A stretch of DNA of 64,000 nt, taken from positions 110,576 through 174,575 of the forward strand of contig JASJBF010000003.1 in assembly GCA_030066685.1 (NCBI GenBank). The letters run 5' to 3'. The notes below the pieces were generated by a model, which saw nothing but the letters and a program-made list of their open reading frames with translations, was not told where the DNA came from and did no database searches. Below, piece after piece: positions 1 through 9,336 of the stretch. Origin of the DNA: Kiloniellales bacterium. GTDB taxonomy: Bacteria; Pseudomonadota; Alphaproteobacteria; Kiloniellales; JAKSBE01. The translations under genes and the position numbers were made by a program. How positions within the stretch are numbered: the stretch's first letter is position 1; each line of letters begins with the position of its first letter.

Positions 1-272
1 ACACCGAGGTGTCTTGGCGGGTCGCGGTCGAGGCGGGGGGCTGGGAGCTGATGCTGCATTTTGTCGGCCTGGGCATCGGTCTCGCGATCGTCAACGGCTG
101 CTGCCGCCTTCCGCCCGGGCTGGTTGCAAGGCCCTTGGACGAACTCCCGAGGGTTCGCTATCAGGTGCTGCAGCGGGCCGGCAGCCAGCCCCATGAGGGA
201 GTGGCCGAACTGAAACGGCGTTTGCTAACCAACAGCGACGCCTGGCGTCGGGGCGTCGAAGCGAGGCCTTGA
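1..272 (+). CDS. LysR-family transcriptional regulator, C-terminal fragment (5' end outside window)
   Basis: Frame of ORF 9..272 is open to the window edge. The ...LHFVGLGIGLAIVNG... segment resembles the LysR effector-binding domain. GC3 is high. Confidence 0.55.
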   Translation, partial: TEVSWRVAVEAGGWELMLHFVGLGIGLAIVNGCCRLPPGLVARPLDELPRVRYQVLQRAGSQPHEGVAELKRRLLTNSDAWRRGVEARP

Positions 273-829
273 TTTTGTCCCAGCGTTCCCAACGCTTGAG
301 CCGTCTGGTCGCGCATGCCCTGCGGCATAGACCGGACCTCTATGGCTTGGAGCTGGACAGGAATGGCTGGATCGAGCTGGAAACCTTGGCACGGGCGCTG
401 GCTGGTAGTCGCCCGGAGTGGCGCGATCTCGCCGCCGCGGAGATCCGGGCCATGGTCGCTGCGGCGACTAAGCAGCGCTACGAAATCAGGGGCGAGCGCA
501 TCCGCGCGCGCTATGGACATTCGCTTCCAGAGAAGATTGAAGGAAACCCCGTCGTTCCGCCGGCGCTGCTCTACCACGGCACGACCCCCGAAGCGCTGCC
601 CAGGATTCGCACGCAAGGCCTGAAGCCGATGCGGCGCCATTACGTACACCTCTCTCCGGACCCTGAGACGGCGACCCTCGTCGCCGAACGCCGCAGCAAG
701 ACCCCGGTGATCATCGAGGTTCGGGCCAGGGACGCGCACGCCGAAGGCCTGGCCTTCTATCGCGGCAACGACCAGGTCTGGCTCTCCGACCCGATCCCGG
801 CCAGCTATCTGCGCCTGCCGAAGGAATAG
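269..829 (+). CDS. kptA: RNA 2'-phosphotransferase (Tpt1/KptA family)
   Basis: 186 aa. N-terminal LSRLVAHALRHRPDLYGLELDRNGW matches the KptA pattern, followed by RARYGHS, LYHGT and RHYVHLS core motifs. The TTG start overlaps the upstream stop (TTGA). Confidence 0.85.
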   Translation: MILSQRSQRLSRLVAHALRHRPDLYGLELDRNGWIELETLARALAGSRPEWRDLAAAEIRAMVAAATKQRYEIRGERIRARYGHSLPEKIEGNPVVPPALLYHGTTPEALPRIRTQGLKPMRRHYVHLSPDPETATLVAERRSKTPVIIEVRARDAHAEGLAFYRGNDQVWLSDPIPASYLRLPKE

Positions 830-971
830 CGACCGTGCTGAGTCACGCTTCTTGGCGTCCGCTGACAGCCATCTGTCAGGAGTTATCGGCCGCGGCGGGT
901 ACGAGGGCTGGCCGCGAAGTCCTCGGGCGATCTATCCTCGCCGCTTTCACGGCCGATGACTCCGGAGCCTC

Positions 972-2204
972 ATGCCGACCTCCTCCGCTGCGCTTCCCGT
1001 CATCTCCAACCCTGCGGCGCGGCGTCTGTGGCTGGAGGGCCAGGGCCTCGCGGCGGATCCGATGCGCAAGCTGGATCGTGCGGGGCTGCTGCGGCTGGTC
1101 GAGGACCTGGGCTATGTCCAGGTCGACAGCATCAACACGGTCGAGCGCGCCCACCACCACATCCTCTTCAGCCGCAACCAGACCTACCGCCAGCCGCTCC
1201 TGGCCCGCCTGCTGGAGCGCGAAGCGGCACTCTTCGAGAACTGGACCCACGACGCCGCGGTCATTCCCAGCCGCTTCTATCCCTTCTGGCGGCCGCGCTT
1301 CGAGCGCGAGCGGGCGCGGCTCGCCGAGCGCTGGCAGAAGGTCCGCCGCGCCGGCTTCGAGGGCTGTTTCGAGCGGGTCCTGACGCGCATCGCCCGCGAA
1401 GGTCCGCTGATGGCCCGCGACTTCGGCGCGGACGGCCGGAAGAACAGCGGCGGCTGGTGGGACTGGCATCCGGAGAAGACCGCCCTGGAATACCTCTGGC
1501 GCACCGGCGCCCTGGCCGTCGCCCGGCGCGAGGCCTTCCAGAAAGTCTACGACCTGCCGGAAAGGGTGATCCCGCGGCAGCACCTGGCGGCGCGGCCCGA
1601 CCAGGAGGCCTTCGTCGACTGGAAGTGCCGCAGCGCGCTGGAGCGCCTGCGCTTCGCGACCTGGGGCGAGCTGGCGGCCTTCTGGGGCAGCCTCAGCCCC
1701 GCCGAGGCCAAGGCCTGGTGCCTGCGGGAACTGGGCCGCTCGATCGTCCAGGTGGCGGTCGAGCCGGCCGGGGGCGGCACGCCGCGGCCGGCCTTCGTGC
1801 CGGTCGCGGTTCTCGACCGGCTTGGGGACCTGCCGGAGCCGCCGCCGCGGGTCCGCGCGCTCAACCCCTTCGATCCGGTGATCCGCGACCGGGCGCGCCT
1901 GGAGCGGCTCTTCGGCTTTCACTACCGGATCGAGGTCTTCGTGCCGGCCGCGAAACGGCGCTACGGCTACTACGTCTTTCCGTTGCTCGAGGGCGCGCGT
2001 TTCATCGGCCGGCTCGACATGAAGCACGACCGCCAGGCCGACGGCGCCCTGCGGGTCACCCGCCTCTGGCTGGAGCCCGGACTCAAGATGACCCGGGGAC
2101 GCGCCGACCGCTTGGTCGCGGAGCTCAGGCGCATCCAGCGCTTCGTCGGTGCCGAAAGCCTCGATGTCGACCCGGCGCGCTGGCTCGCCTCGACCACGCC
2201 GTGA
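972..2204 (+). CDS. Winged-helix DNA glycosylase-like protein (YcaQ/AlkZ family)
   Basis: 410 aa. Carries the family-typical segments YVQVDSINTVERAHHHILFSR and RRYGYYVFPLL. GC3 is high. Confidence 0.8.
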   Translation: MPTSSAALPVISNPAARRLWLEGQGLAADPMRKLDRAGLLRLVEDLGYVQVDSINTVERAHHHILFSRNQTYRQPLLARLLEREAALFENWTHDAAVIPSRFYPFWRPRFERERARLAERWQKVRRAGFEGCFERVLTRIAREGPLMARDFGADGRKNSGGWWDWHPEKTALEYLWRTGALAVARREAFQKVYDLPERVIPRQHLAARPDQEAFVDWKCRSALERLRFATWGELAAFWGSLSPAEAKAWCLRELGRSIVQVAVEPAGGGTPRPAFVPVAVLDRLGDLPEPPPRVRALNPFDPVIRDRARLERLFGFHYRIEVFVPAAKRRYGYYVFPLLEGARFIGRLDMKHDRQADGALRVTRLWLEPGLKMTRGRADRLVAELRRIQRFVGAESLDVDPARWLASTTP

Positions 2205-2231
2205 TGCGGGAGGCGGCCCGGCGGCGGGCGC

Positions 2232-2522
2232 TCAGGCGCCCTCCTCGTTGTCCAGCAGGGGCAGCAGCCAGTCGCTGGTCTCCTTGCTGGGGACCACCGG
2301 GACGATCTCGAAGTCGATCAGCTCGCCCCAACTCGCGACCCACTGCTGGAGCAGGCACGCGTCCTCGCACTCCATGAGCTGGAAGCAGCGGTCGAAGTTC
2401 GCCTCGATCCAGCTGCCGACGTAGGTCAGGCCCTCGGGGGCCATGCGGCCCTGCTCGCGAAACCGGCGGTAGACCGCCCTGGCATCCCGTCCGCGAAACC
2501 GCTCGATCACCATGAAGAGCAT
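2232..2522 (-). CDS. DUF3303 domain-containing protein
   Basis: 96 aa. MLFMVIERFRG...YRRFREQGRMAPEGLTYVGSWIE...CFQLMECED matches the DUF3303 pattern I recognise. Confidence 0.8.
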   Translation of the reverse strand: MLFMVIERFRGRDARAVYRRFREQGRMAPEGLTYVGSWIEANFDRCFQLMECEDACLLQQWVASWGELIDFEIVPVVPSKETSDWLLPLLDNEEGA

Positions 2523-2552
2523 GACGTGGTCCCCCGGCCCTGCACCGGCCGG

Positions 2553-4640
2553 CTACTTGCCCTCGCGCAGCCAGGCGAAGCCGAGGGTGGCGAGGGCCAG
2601 GAGGAGAAACAGCAGGGGCGAGATCAGGGGGACCTGGTCGACGCCCGTGACGACGTAGCTCTTGCTGCCCTGCAGGCCGATCCAGCCGCGCCCGTGGCGG
2701 TCGCGTCCCGACTTGACCTTGCGCAGCTCCGGCAGGCCGTCCTCGGCGATGTTCACGACGGTCCCGCCGCTCTCCTCGGCCAGCGGGGCGAGAATCTCGC
2801 CGGTCGCGCGCAGGTCGGCGAACTCCAGCGGGTTGACCGCGCCAGAGGCCGCCAGTGCCGTGTGCTGCCCGTCGGAGACGCGATAGAGGCCGAGCTCCTC
2901 GGCCGGCGCGCTGGCGGTCGCCCGGCCGTCGTCGCCCGGCTCCAGCAGCAGCTCGCCGGTCTCGCCCGAGGGCGCGGTGATCTCGACGGAGACGGGCTCG
3001 GTCGAGAGCGAGCGGCGCTCGATCAGCAGGCGGCCGTCGGTGATGCTGGCGCGCAGGTCCTCCTCTTCGAGGTCGGGCTCCTTCATCAGCCAGTGCGCGG
3101 TGCGGCGCATCAGCTCGGCCTGCGGCCCGCCGCCCTCGAAGCCTCGCGCCCAGAGCCAGATGTGGTCGCTCATCAGCTGGCCGACGCGGCCTTCGCCGAA
3201 GCGGTCGAGGATCAGCAGCGGCCGGTCGCCGACGCCTGACATGGCGACCACGCCGCGCTGCGGCGTCACCTCGATCTGGCGGAACCAGCGGCCCCAGCGC
3301 GGCTCCTCGCCGGCAACCGGGTCGCCGGCGCCCGGCAGGTCCGCTGTGACCGGATGTCGCAGACCGATGTCTGTGACCCGCGGCGTGAATCCCTGCTCGA
3401 TGTTCTGCCCGGTCGGCACGCCCGGCAGGATGCGGCCCAAGGGCGTGCGGAACAACGACAGCGGTGTCGAGAAGGTCGGGCCGACGGCTTCCAGCAGGGC
3501 GCCGCCGCCTTCCACGTACTGGGCGATGTTGTCCAGGTAGATCCGCGGCAACACCCCGCGCCGGCGGTAGCGGTCGAAGACGATCAGGTCGAACTCGTCC
3601 AGCTTGACCGAGAACAGCTCACGGGTCGGGAAGGCGATCAGCGACAGCTCGCGGATCGGTGTCCCGTCCTGCTTTTCCGGCGGCCGCAGGATGGTGAAGT
3701 GCACGAGGTCGACCGAGGGGTCGGACTTGAGCAGGCTGCGCCAGGCGCGCTCGCCGGCGTGCGGCTCGCCGGAGACCAGCAGCACCCGCAGGCGCTCGCG
3801 CACGCCGTTGACCACCACGGCGGCACGGTTGTTGAGCAGGGACAGTTCCTGCGGACCGGCCTCGACCTCGAGCTCCAGGACCGAGGGGCCGCGGCGGTCG
3901 AGCTCGAAGCTGACTTCCTGCTCTTCGCCGACCGGGACCATGAGCTCCTGGGCCGGACCGCCGTCGCGGCGCAGGGTCAGGCGGGCCAGACGCGGCGCGC
4001 CGCCGCCCGGTAGATCCTCGACCTTCAGGGTCATGGTCAGCTGGCGCCCGACGATCCCGTAGCTGGGTACGCTGTCGAGCACCAGGCGGCGGTCGCCTTC
4101 CTCGGCCTCGCCGCTGCGCAGCAGGTGTAGGGGCGCGTCGATCCCGAGCGCCGCCAGGGACTCCGGGGCGTCGTGGATACGGCCGTCGCCGACCACGATG
4201 ACGCCCGAGACCTGGCCCCGGGGCACGTTGGCCAGCTCGCGCTCCAGGGTCGCGAAGAGCCGCGTGCCGTCCTCCAGCTGACCGGCCGCGCCCTGGCCGC
4301 TGCGCACGACCCTGACCTGGGTCTCGCCCAGCGCCTCCAGGCGCTCCTCGATGTGGGCGACGGCCTCCGCGGTCTGCTCGGGCCGCCGGCCGACGGTCTG
4401 GCTGGCGCTCTCGTCGACCACGACCAGCGCGATGTCCTCCAGGGGCTGGCGCACTTCGTTGACCAGGCTGGGATTGGCCAGGGCGAGCAGCAGCACGGTC
4501 AGGAAGGCGGCGCGCAGCAGGGCGCCCTTAGCGCCGCGCAGCAAGGCCAGGGCGACCACCACGGCGGCGGCAGCGGCCAGAGCCGCGATGACCGGCCAGG
4601 GCAGGGCCGGCGCCCAGATGATCGAGAGGCCGCTGGTCAT
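2553..4640 (-). CDS. Membrane-anchored protein, fourth gene of the MoxR/DUF58/DUF4159 operon (VWA-like plus GATase1-like architecture)
   Basis: I chose the start at MTSGLSIIW (ATG at 4640), which forms an ATGA overlap with the upstream stop at 4637. There are hydrophobic segments at the N-terminus and the extreme C-terminus (PLISPLLFLLLALATLGFAWL). The 777-aa extended ORF start was rejected. Confidence 0.75.
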   Translation of the reverse strand: MTSGLSIIWAPALPWPVIAALAAAAAVVVALALLRGAKGALLRAAFLTVLLLALANPSLVNEVRQPLEDIALVVVDESASQTVGRRPEQTAEAVAHIEERLEALGETQVRVVRSGQGAAGQLEDGTRLFATLERELANVPRGQVSGVIVVGDGRIHDAPESLAALGIDAPLHLLRSGEAEEGDRRLVLDSVPSYGIVGRQLTMTLKVEDLPGGGAPRLARLTLRRDGGPAQELMVPVGEEQEVSFELDRRGPSVLELEVEAGPQELSLLNNRAAVVVNGVRERLRVLLVSGEPHAGERAWRSLLKSDPSVDLVHFTILRPPEKQDGTPIRELSLIAFPTRELFSVKLDEFDLIVFDRYRRRGVLPRIYLDNIAQYVEGGGALLEAVGPTFSTPLSLFRTPLGRILPGVPTGQNIEQGFTPRVTDIGLRHPVTADLPGAGDPVAGEEPRWGRWFRQIEVTPQRGVVAMSGVGDRPLLILDRFGEGRVGQLMSDHIWLWARGFEGGGPQAELMRRTAHWLMKEPDLEEEDLRASITDGRLLIERRSLSTEPVSVEITAPSGETGELLLEPGDDGRATASAPAEELGLYRVSDGQHTALAASGAVNPLEFADLRATGEILAPLAEESGGTVVNIAEDGLPELRKVKSGRDRHGRGWIGLQGSKSYVVTGVDQVPLISPLLFLLLALATLGFAWLREGK

Positions 4641-7375
4641 TGTCCCAGGCGCTCCAGGATATAGGGCACGTGAACCTGGTCGGTCTTGTAGTTGCCGGTC
4701 AGGGCGTACATGACCAGGTTGACGCCGAAGCGGAAGGCCATCTCGCGCTGCCGCTCGCCCCCGGGTACCGCGGGAAACAGCGGCCGGCCCTGCTCGTCGA
4801 TCGCCCAGGCCCCGGCCCAGTCGTTGGCGCCGATGATCACCGAGGAGACGCCGTCGTTGACCCGGCCCTCGGCGGACTCGATCCACAGGGTGCCGCCGGC
4901 GAAGCGGCCCGGGAAGTCCTGCATCAGGTAGAAGGCCTTGGTCAGGACGTGGTCGGGCGAAACCGGGATCAATGCCGGGACCTGGATGTCACGGGTCAGC
5001 GTCTGCAGCGCCGTGGCGGGCCGGCCGAGTCCCTGCGTCGCGGCCTCGGGCCGCCGCAAGTCGAAGAGGATGGTGCCGCCGTTCTTGAGGAAGGCGTTGA
5101 CGGCCGCCGCCGCGGCGCCGTCGAGGGCGCGCTGCTCGCGGGTCACAGGCCAGTAGAGCAGCGGGAAGAAGGCCAGCTCGTCGCGGCCCAGGCGCACGCC
5201 GACGGGCTCCGCCGCCTCGACCGCGGTGCGCCGGTTGAGCACCCGCGAAAGACCGATCAGGCCGGCGTGGCTAACCTCGTCGATCGCAGGGACGCCGGTG
5301 CGCACGTAGGCCAGGCGCGTGTCGGTGGTCGCCTTCAGGGCGAAGGCGTCGTCGCTACCCTGGGCCTGCGTGGGCGGGGCCGCGAGGGTGCTGGCGGCGG
5401 CCGCCACGACCAGGACCGCGGCGCTGCGGCCGAGCCGGGCCGGGATCAGGAGGCCGCGCAGAGCCAGGGCGATGATCATGTCGAGCAACGCCAGGGCGAG
5501 GGCGGCGGCCAGAAGCCAGGGCAGCAGCACGGTCTCGCTGCGGCCGGCGAAGGACTGCACGGCCTGGCCGTCTATACTCGGGCCAAGGCCGGCCAAGGGT
5601 CCGACCTGATCGGCCAGGTTATAGGCGCGGCGCAGGCTGTCGCGGCCGTAGATGCCCGGCGGATGGCGGGCGTCGATGCGGCCGGCCTCGAGAGTCTCGG
5701 CGTCCAGCGCGACCGCCGTCGCCGGCGGCCTGCCGAGCAGACCGAAGCCATCGAGCGCCTCCAGGGGCGGCAAAGCCTCCTCAGCGCTGACGCCGGCGAC
5801 GCCCTGGCTGACCGCGACGATCTTGCGCAGCATCTCGATGAAGAGGCCGGAGAGCGCCAGGTTGGACCAGTCGGTGTTGGCGCTGGTGTGGATCAGGATC
5901 AGCCAGCCCTCGCCGCGCCGCTCGGCGGTGACCAGCGGCGTGCCGTCCTCGAGCCGGGCCCAGGTCTTCTCGGGCAGGTCAAGGGCCGGCTCGGCCAGGA
6001 CCTGACGCTCGACCACCACGTCCGCGGGCAGCTCGAGCCCGGCGAAGGGGCTGCCGCGGTGGAAGGGCGCCAGCCGTGCCGGGCGGCTCCAGGTCATGGC
6101 CCCGCTCAGGGTGCGGTCGCCCAGGCGCAGGCGCACCGGCAGCAGGGTTCCGTCGCCCTGCTGGGCCAGCCGTGGACCGGCGAAGCGCAGCAGGGTGCCG
6201 CCCTGCTCGATCCAGATCGACAGCGCCTCGGCTTCCTCGGCCGGCAGCCGTCCGGCGTCCGCCAGGGTCAGGACCGCGACGCCTCGGCGCAGAAGCTCGC
6301 CGACGCTGCCCTTCTGGACCTCGGTATAGGGCGCCAGGGCACGCTCCAGGTAATAGATCTCGCCGAGCAGCGGTCGGACGGCCTCCGGGCCGGCGGCGAC
6401 CAAGCCGACCGGGCGCCGGCGCCAACGCTCGTCGACCAGGAAGACCGCGGCCGCCGTCTCCTCGGCCTCGATCTTGATGCGGGCGATCTCGTTGCGCAGC
6501 TCGGTCGGCAACTCGAAGCGGACGCGCGCGCTTGCTTCGCCCGGCGCGAAGCGGGCTTCGGCGCGGCCCAGCAGGCGGCCGTCCTCGGCCAGGGCGCGGA
6601 CCACCGCCAGATCTTCGCCCTCGGTCGCCGCCCGCTCGACCTCGACACTGACGCTGCCGGCGTCGAGCTGCGGGGTGCCGAGGCGCCGGGCCAGGCCCAA
6701 CGGCTCGTCCTGATAGACACGGACCGGGCCGATGGCGCGCAGCCGGCCCATGAAGGCGCGCAGATCGGCGTCGCTCTCGCCGTGGTTCAGGCCGTCCGAG
6801 AGCCAGACCACGGGGGCGGAGGCTTCGAAGGTCAGGGCGTCGAGGGCGGCCAGCGCGGCGCTGCGATCGATCGGCCAGGGCTGCGGCGCGAGGCCCTGCA
6901 ACAGGCGCCTGGCCGCCGCCGGGTTCAGCGCTTCACTGACGGCAACCTGCGAGTCCGGCCCTTTGGGCGCGGTGGTCAGCACGACCAGCGAGCGGCCGTC
7001 GCGCTCGGCCTGGTCGATCAGGCCGTTGATGGTATCGCGCCGCTGCGGCCAGTTCCGCGCCGCCGCCCAGCCGTCGTCGATGATCAGCACCAGGGGGCCG
7101 GTGCCGGCGAGCGGCCGGTTTGGGTTCAGCAGGGGCTGCGCCAGGCCGAGGATGATCAGGGCGGCGATCAGCAGGCGCAGGGCGACCAGCCAGGGCGGCG
7201 TCCGGGCCGGGGTCTCCTCCGGCGGCCGAAGGCCGGTCAGCAGGCGCAGGGCCGGGAAGGCTATGCGTCGCGGCGACGGCGGCGTGAGGCGCAGCAGCCA
7301 CCAGAGCAGGGGCAGGGCACCCAGGGCCACGAGCAGCCAGGGCTGGGCGAAGGCCAGAGGGCCGAGTTCCAGCAT
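4637..7375 (-). CDS. DUF4159-type protein with N-terminal double-transmembrane (BatA-N-like) region
   Basis: 912 aa. The N-terminus FAQPWLLVALGALPLLWWLLRLTPPSPRRIAFPALRLL is the aerotolerance-operon N-terminal signature. The C-terminus FRFGVNLVMYALTGNYKTDQVHVP is typical of DUF4159. Confidence 0.8.
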   Translation of the reverse strand: MLELGPLAFAQPWLLVALGALPLLWWLLRLTPPSPRRIAFPALRLLTGLRPPEETPARTPPWLVALRLLIAALIILGLAQPLLNPNRPLAGTGPLVLIIDDGWAAARNWPQRRDTINGLIDQAERDGRSLVVLTTAPKGPDSQVAVSEALNPAAARRLLQGLAPQPWPIDRSAALAALDALTFEASAPVVWLSDGLNHGESDADLRAFMGRLRAIGPVRVYQDEPLGLARRLGTPQLDAGSVSVEVERAATEGEDLAVVRALAEDGRLLGRAEARFAPGEASARVRFELPTELRNEIARIKIEAEETAAAVFLVDERWRRRPVGLVAAGPEAVRPLLGEIYYLERALAPYTEVQKGSVGELLRRGVAVLTLADAGRLPAEEAEALSIWIEQGGTLLRFAGPRLAQQGDGTLLPVRLRLGDRTLSGAMTWSRPARLAPFHRGSPFAGLELPADVVVERQVLAEPALDLPEKTWARLEDGTPLVTAERRGEGWLILIHTSANTDWSNLALSGLFIEMLRKIVAVSQGVAGVSAEEALPPLEALDGFGLLGRPPATAVALDAETLEAGRIDARHPPGIYGRDSLRRAYNLADQVGPLAGLGPSIDGQAVQSFAGRSETVLLPWLLAAALALALLDMIIALALRGLLIPARLGRSAAVLVVAAAASTLAAPPTQAQGSDDAFALKATTDTRLAYVRTGVPAIDEVSHAGLIGLSRVLNRRTAVEAAEPVGVRLGRDELAFFPLLYWPVTREQRALDGAAAAAVNAFLKNGGTILFDLRRPEAATQGLGRPATALQTLTRDIQVPALIPVSPDHVLTKAFYLMQDFPGRFAGGTLWIESAEGRVNDGVSSVIIGANDWAGAWAIDEQGRPLFPAVPGGERQREMAFRFGVNLVMYALTGNYKTDQVHVPYILERLGQ

Positions 7376-7379
7376 CGCC

Positions 7380-8261
7380 CTAGAGCGCCTTGTTTGCGGT
7401 CAGGGCCGCATAGAGTGTGAGCAGCACGGCCTGGGCGGAGGCGTCGCTGCGGTGGCGGGTGTAGGTCCAGCCGATGCTGCGGGCGATGGCATCGAGGCCG
7501 TCGAACTGCCGCTGCAGCCGGTTCTGGTAGTCGCCGCGCACGCTTTCGGTCCGCGACAGCAGCCAGGGGTCCTCGCCCTCCAGTCCTTGGAACAGCACGC
7601 GACCCTCGTAGGGCAGGGACTCCTCGGCCGGGTCGAGGATCTGGATCAGGTGGCCCCGGACGCCGCTTTCGGCCAGGCGCCGGACGCTGCGGTCGATATC
7701 GCCGAGCGGGGCCAGGAAGTCGCTGAGCATCACCACCTGGGCGAAGCGGGGCAGGGTCTGGTTCGGCGGCAGGCTGCTGTCCTTGGTCTCCAGGTGCTCG
7801 AGCTGCAGGGCCATCCGGGTCACGGTGCCGCGGCCGGTGGTCGGCGGCAGGCCCGAGCCGAGCAGGGCAACCCGCTCGCCGCCGCGGACCAGCAGCACGA
7901 CCAGGGCCAGCGCCAGCAACTCCGCGCGCCGGCGCTTCGAGCCGTGGTCGTCGCCGGAGGTCCAGTCCATGGAGGCGGAGGTGTCGCACCACAGCCAGAC
8001 CGACTGCGCCGCCTCCCACTCCAGCTCGCGCACGAAGACCTGATCGGACTTGGCCGACTGCCGCCAGTCGATGAGCTGCGGCTGGTCGCCCGGCTCGTAA
8101 TGGCGGAACTGCCAGAAGGTCTCACCCTGGCCAACCCGGCGCCGGCCGTGGACGCCCTGGGCCACGGTGGCGGCGACCCGCTCGGCCTCGACCAGCAGCG
8201 GCGGCAGATTCGCCGCCAGGGCTTCGGCCCGCTGTCGTCGGCGGAGTGCGCGCTGGAGCAT
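7380..8261 (-). CDS. DUF58 domain-containing protein (MoxR-associated)
   Basis: 293 aa. Carries the DUF58 core motif GETFWQFRHYEPGDQPQLIDWRQSAK. Its stop lies 4 nt before the next gene's start. Confidence 0.85.
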   Translation of the reverse strand: MLQRALRRRQRAEALAANLPPLLVEAERVAATVAQGVHGRRRVGQGETFWQFRHYEPGDQPQLIDWRQSAKSDQVFVRELEWEAAQSVWLWCDTSASMDWTSGDDHGSKRRRAELLALALVVLLVRGGERVALLGSGLPPTTGRGTVTRMALQLEHLETKDSSLPPNQTLPRFAQVVMLSDFLAPLGDIDRSVRRLAESGVRGHLIQILDPAEESLPYEGRVLFQGLEGEDPWLLSRTESVRGDYQNRLQRQFDGLDAIARSIGWTYTRHRSDASAQAVLLTLYAALTANKAL

Positions 8262-8286
8262 CAGGCTCGCCGTGGGCTGTTCGGGC

Positions 8287-9303
8287 TCACCGGTGCGGAG
8301 CCGCGAGCCGGAGGATCACGTCGTCCACCGAGACCCCGTCGGCGCGGGCCGCGAAGTTCAGCGCCATGCGATGGCGCAGCACCGCAGGCGCCAGGGCCAG
8401 GACGTCGTCGACCGAGGGCGCCAGGCGTCCCTCGAGCACCGCCCGCGCGCGGACCGCCAGCATCAGGGACTGGCTGACCCGGGGACCCGGCCCCCAGGAG
8501 ACCTGCTTGACGACCTCGGGGATGTCTGAGGTCTCGGGACGGCCCGAGCGGACCAGGGCCAGGATCGTCTCGACGACGCTTTCGCCGACCGGGACCCGGC
8601 GCACCAGGTGCTGGGCGGCGATCAGCTCCTCGCCGGTCATCACCGCCTCTGCCTCGGACCGCTCGGGTCCGGTGGTCGCGATCAGCATCTGCCGCTCGGC
8701 GTCGATATCCGGATGGCCGACCTCGATCTGCATGAAGAAGCGGTCCAGCTGGGCTTCCGGCAGGGGATAGGTGCCTTCCTGCTCCAGCGGGTTCTGGGTC
8801 GCCAGGACGTGGAAGGGCGACGGCAGGTCGTGCGGCGAGCCGGCGACCGTGACCTTGTGCTCCTGCATCGCCTGCAGCAGGGCCGACTGGGTCCGCGGGC
8901 TGGCGCGGTTGATCTCGTCGGCCATCAGCAGCTGGCAGAACACCGGGCCGGGTATGAAGCGGAAGGCCCGCTGGCCGCCTTCGCGCTCTTCCAGGACCTC
9001 GGCGCCGAGGATGTCGGCGGGCATGAGGTCGGGCGTGCACTGCACCCGCTTGTCCTCCAGGCCCAGGACCGTGCCCAGGGTCTCGACCAGGCGGGTCTTG
9101 GCCAGGCCCGGCACGCCGATCAGGAGCGCATGGCCGCCGGCCAGGAGGGTGATTAGGGTTTGATCGATGACCTGCTCTTGGCCGAAAATCACCCGGCCGA
9201 TGCTTCTGCGGACCAGCTGCATGCGCTCGCCGAGGGCTTCGATCTCTTCGGCGAGCTTCTGGCCGGCGGCTTCGGATGTCGGCGCGGTCTTGGTCGCGTT
9301 CAC
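8287..9303 (-). CDS. moxR: MoxR-family AAA+ ATPase
   Basis: 338 aa. Walker A is GVPGLAKT and Walker B is LLMADEINRASP. FHVLATQNP and the C-terminal lid are typical of MoxR. Confidence 0.92.
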   Translation of the reverse strand: MNATKTAPTSEAAGQKLAEEIEALGERMQLVRRSIGRVIFGQEQVIDQTLITLLAGGHALLIGVPGLAKTRLVETLGTVLGLEDKRVQCTPDLMPADILGAEVLEEREGGQRAFRFIPGPVFCQLLMADEINRASPRTQSALLQAMQEHKVTVAGSPHDLPSPFHVLATQNPLEQEGTYPLPEAQLDRFFMQIEVGHPDIDAERQMLIATTGPERSEAEAVMTGEELIAAQHLVRRVPVGESVVETILALVRSGRPETSDIPEVVKQVSWGPGPRVSQSLMLAVRARAVLEGRLAPSVDDVLALAPAVLRHRMALNFAARADGVSVDDVILRLAAPHR

Positions 9304-9336
9304 ACGGGTCTCCTCTGGTCGACGGGAGTGCGGACG

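Noticed and set aside
2553-4886. Extended 777-aa version of the fourth Bat-like operon gene.
   Set aside because: The first 82 codons overlap the upstream gene and encode an Arg-rich non-protein-like string. The ATG at 4640 gives a hydrophobic N-terminus and an ATGA junction with the upstream stop.
4640-7420. 926-aa plus-strand ORF, and similar giants: 876..2027 (-), 956..2377 (+), 19004..20626 (-), 22430..24058 (-), 36383..38191 (-), 36385..38538 (+), 41301..42830 (-), 57288..59003 (+), and others.
   Set aside because: These are shadow ORFs, antisense to or out of frame with genes that have clear family motifs. Their products are Arg/Ala/Gly/Pro-rich low-complexity strings typical of stop-codon-poor frames in very GC-rich DNA.
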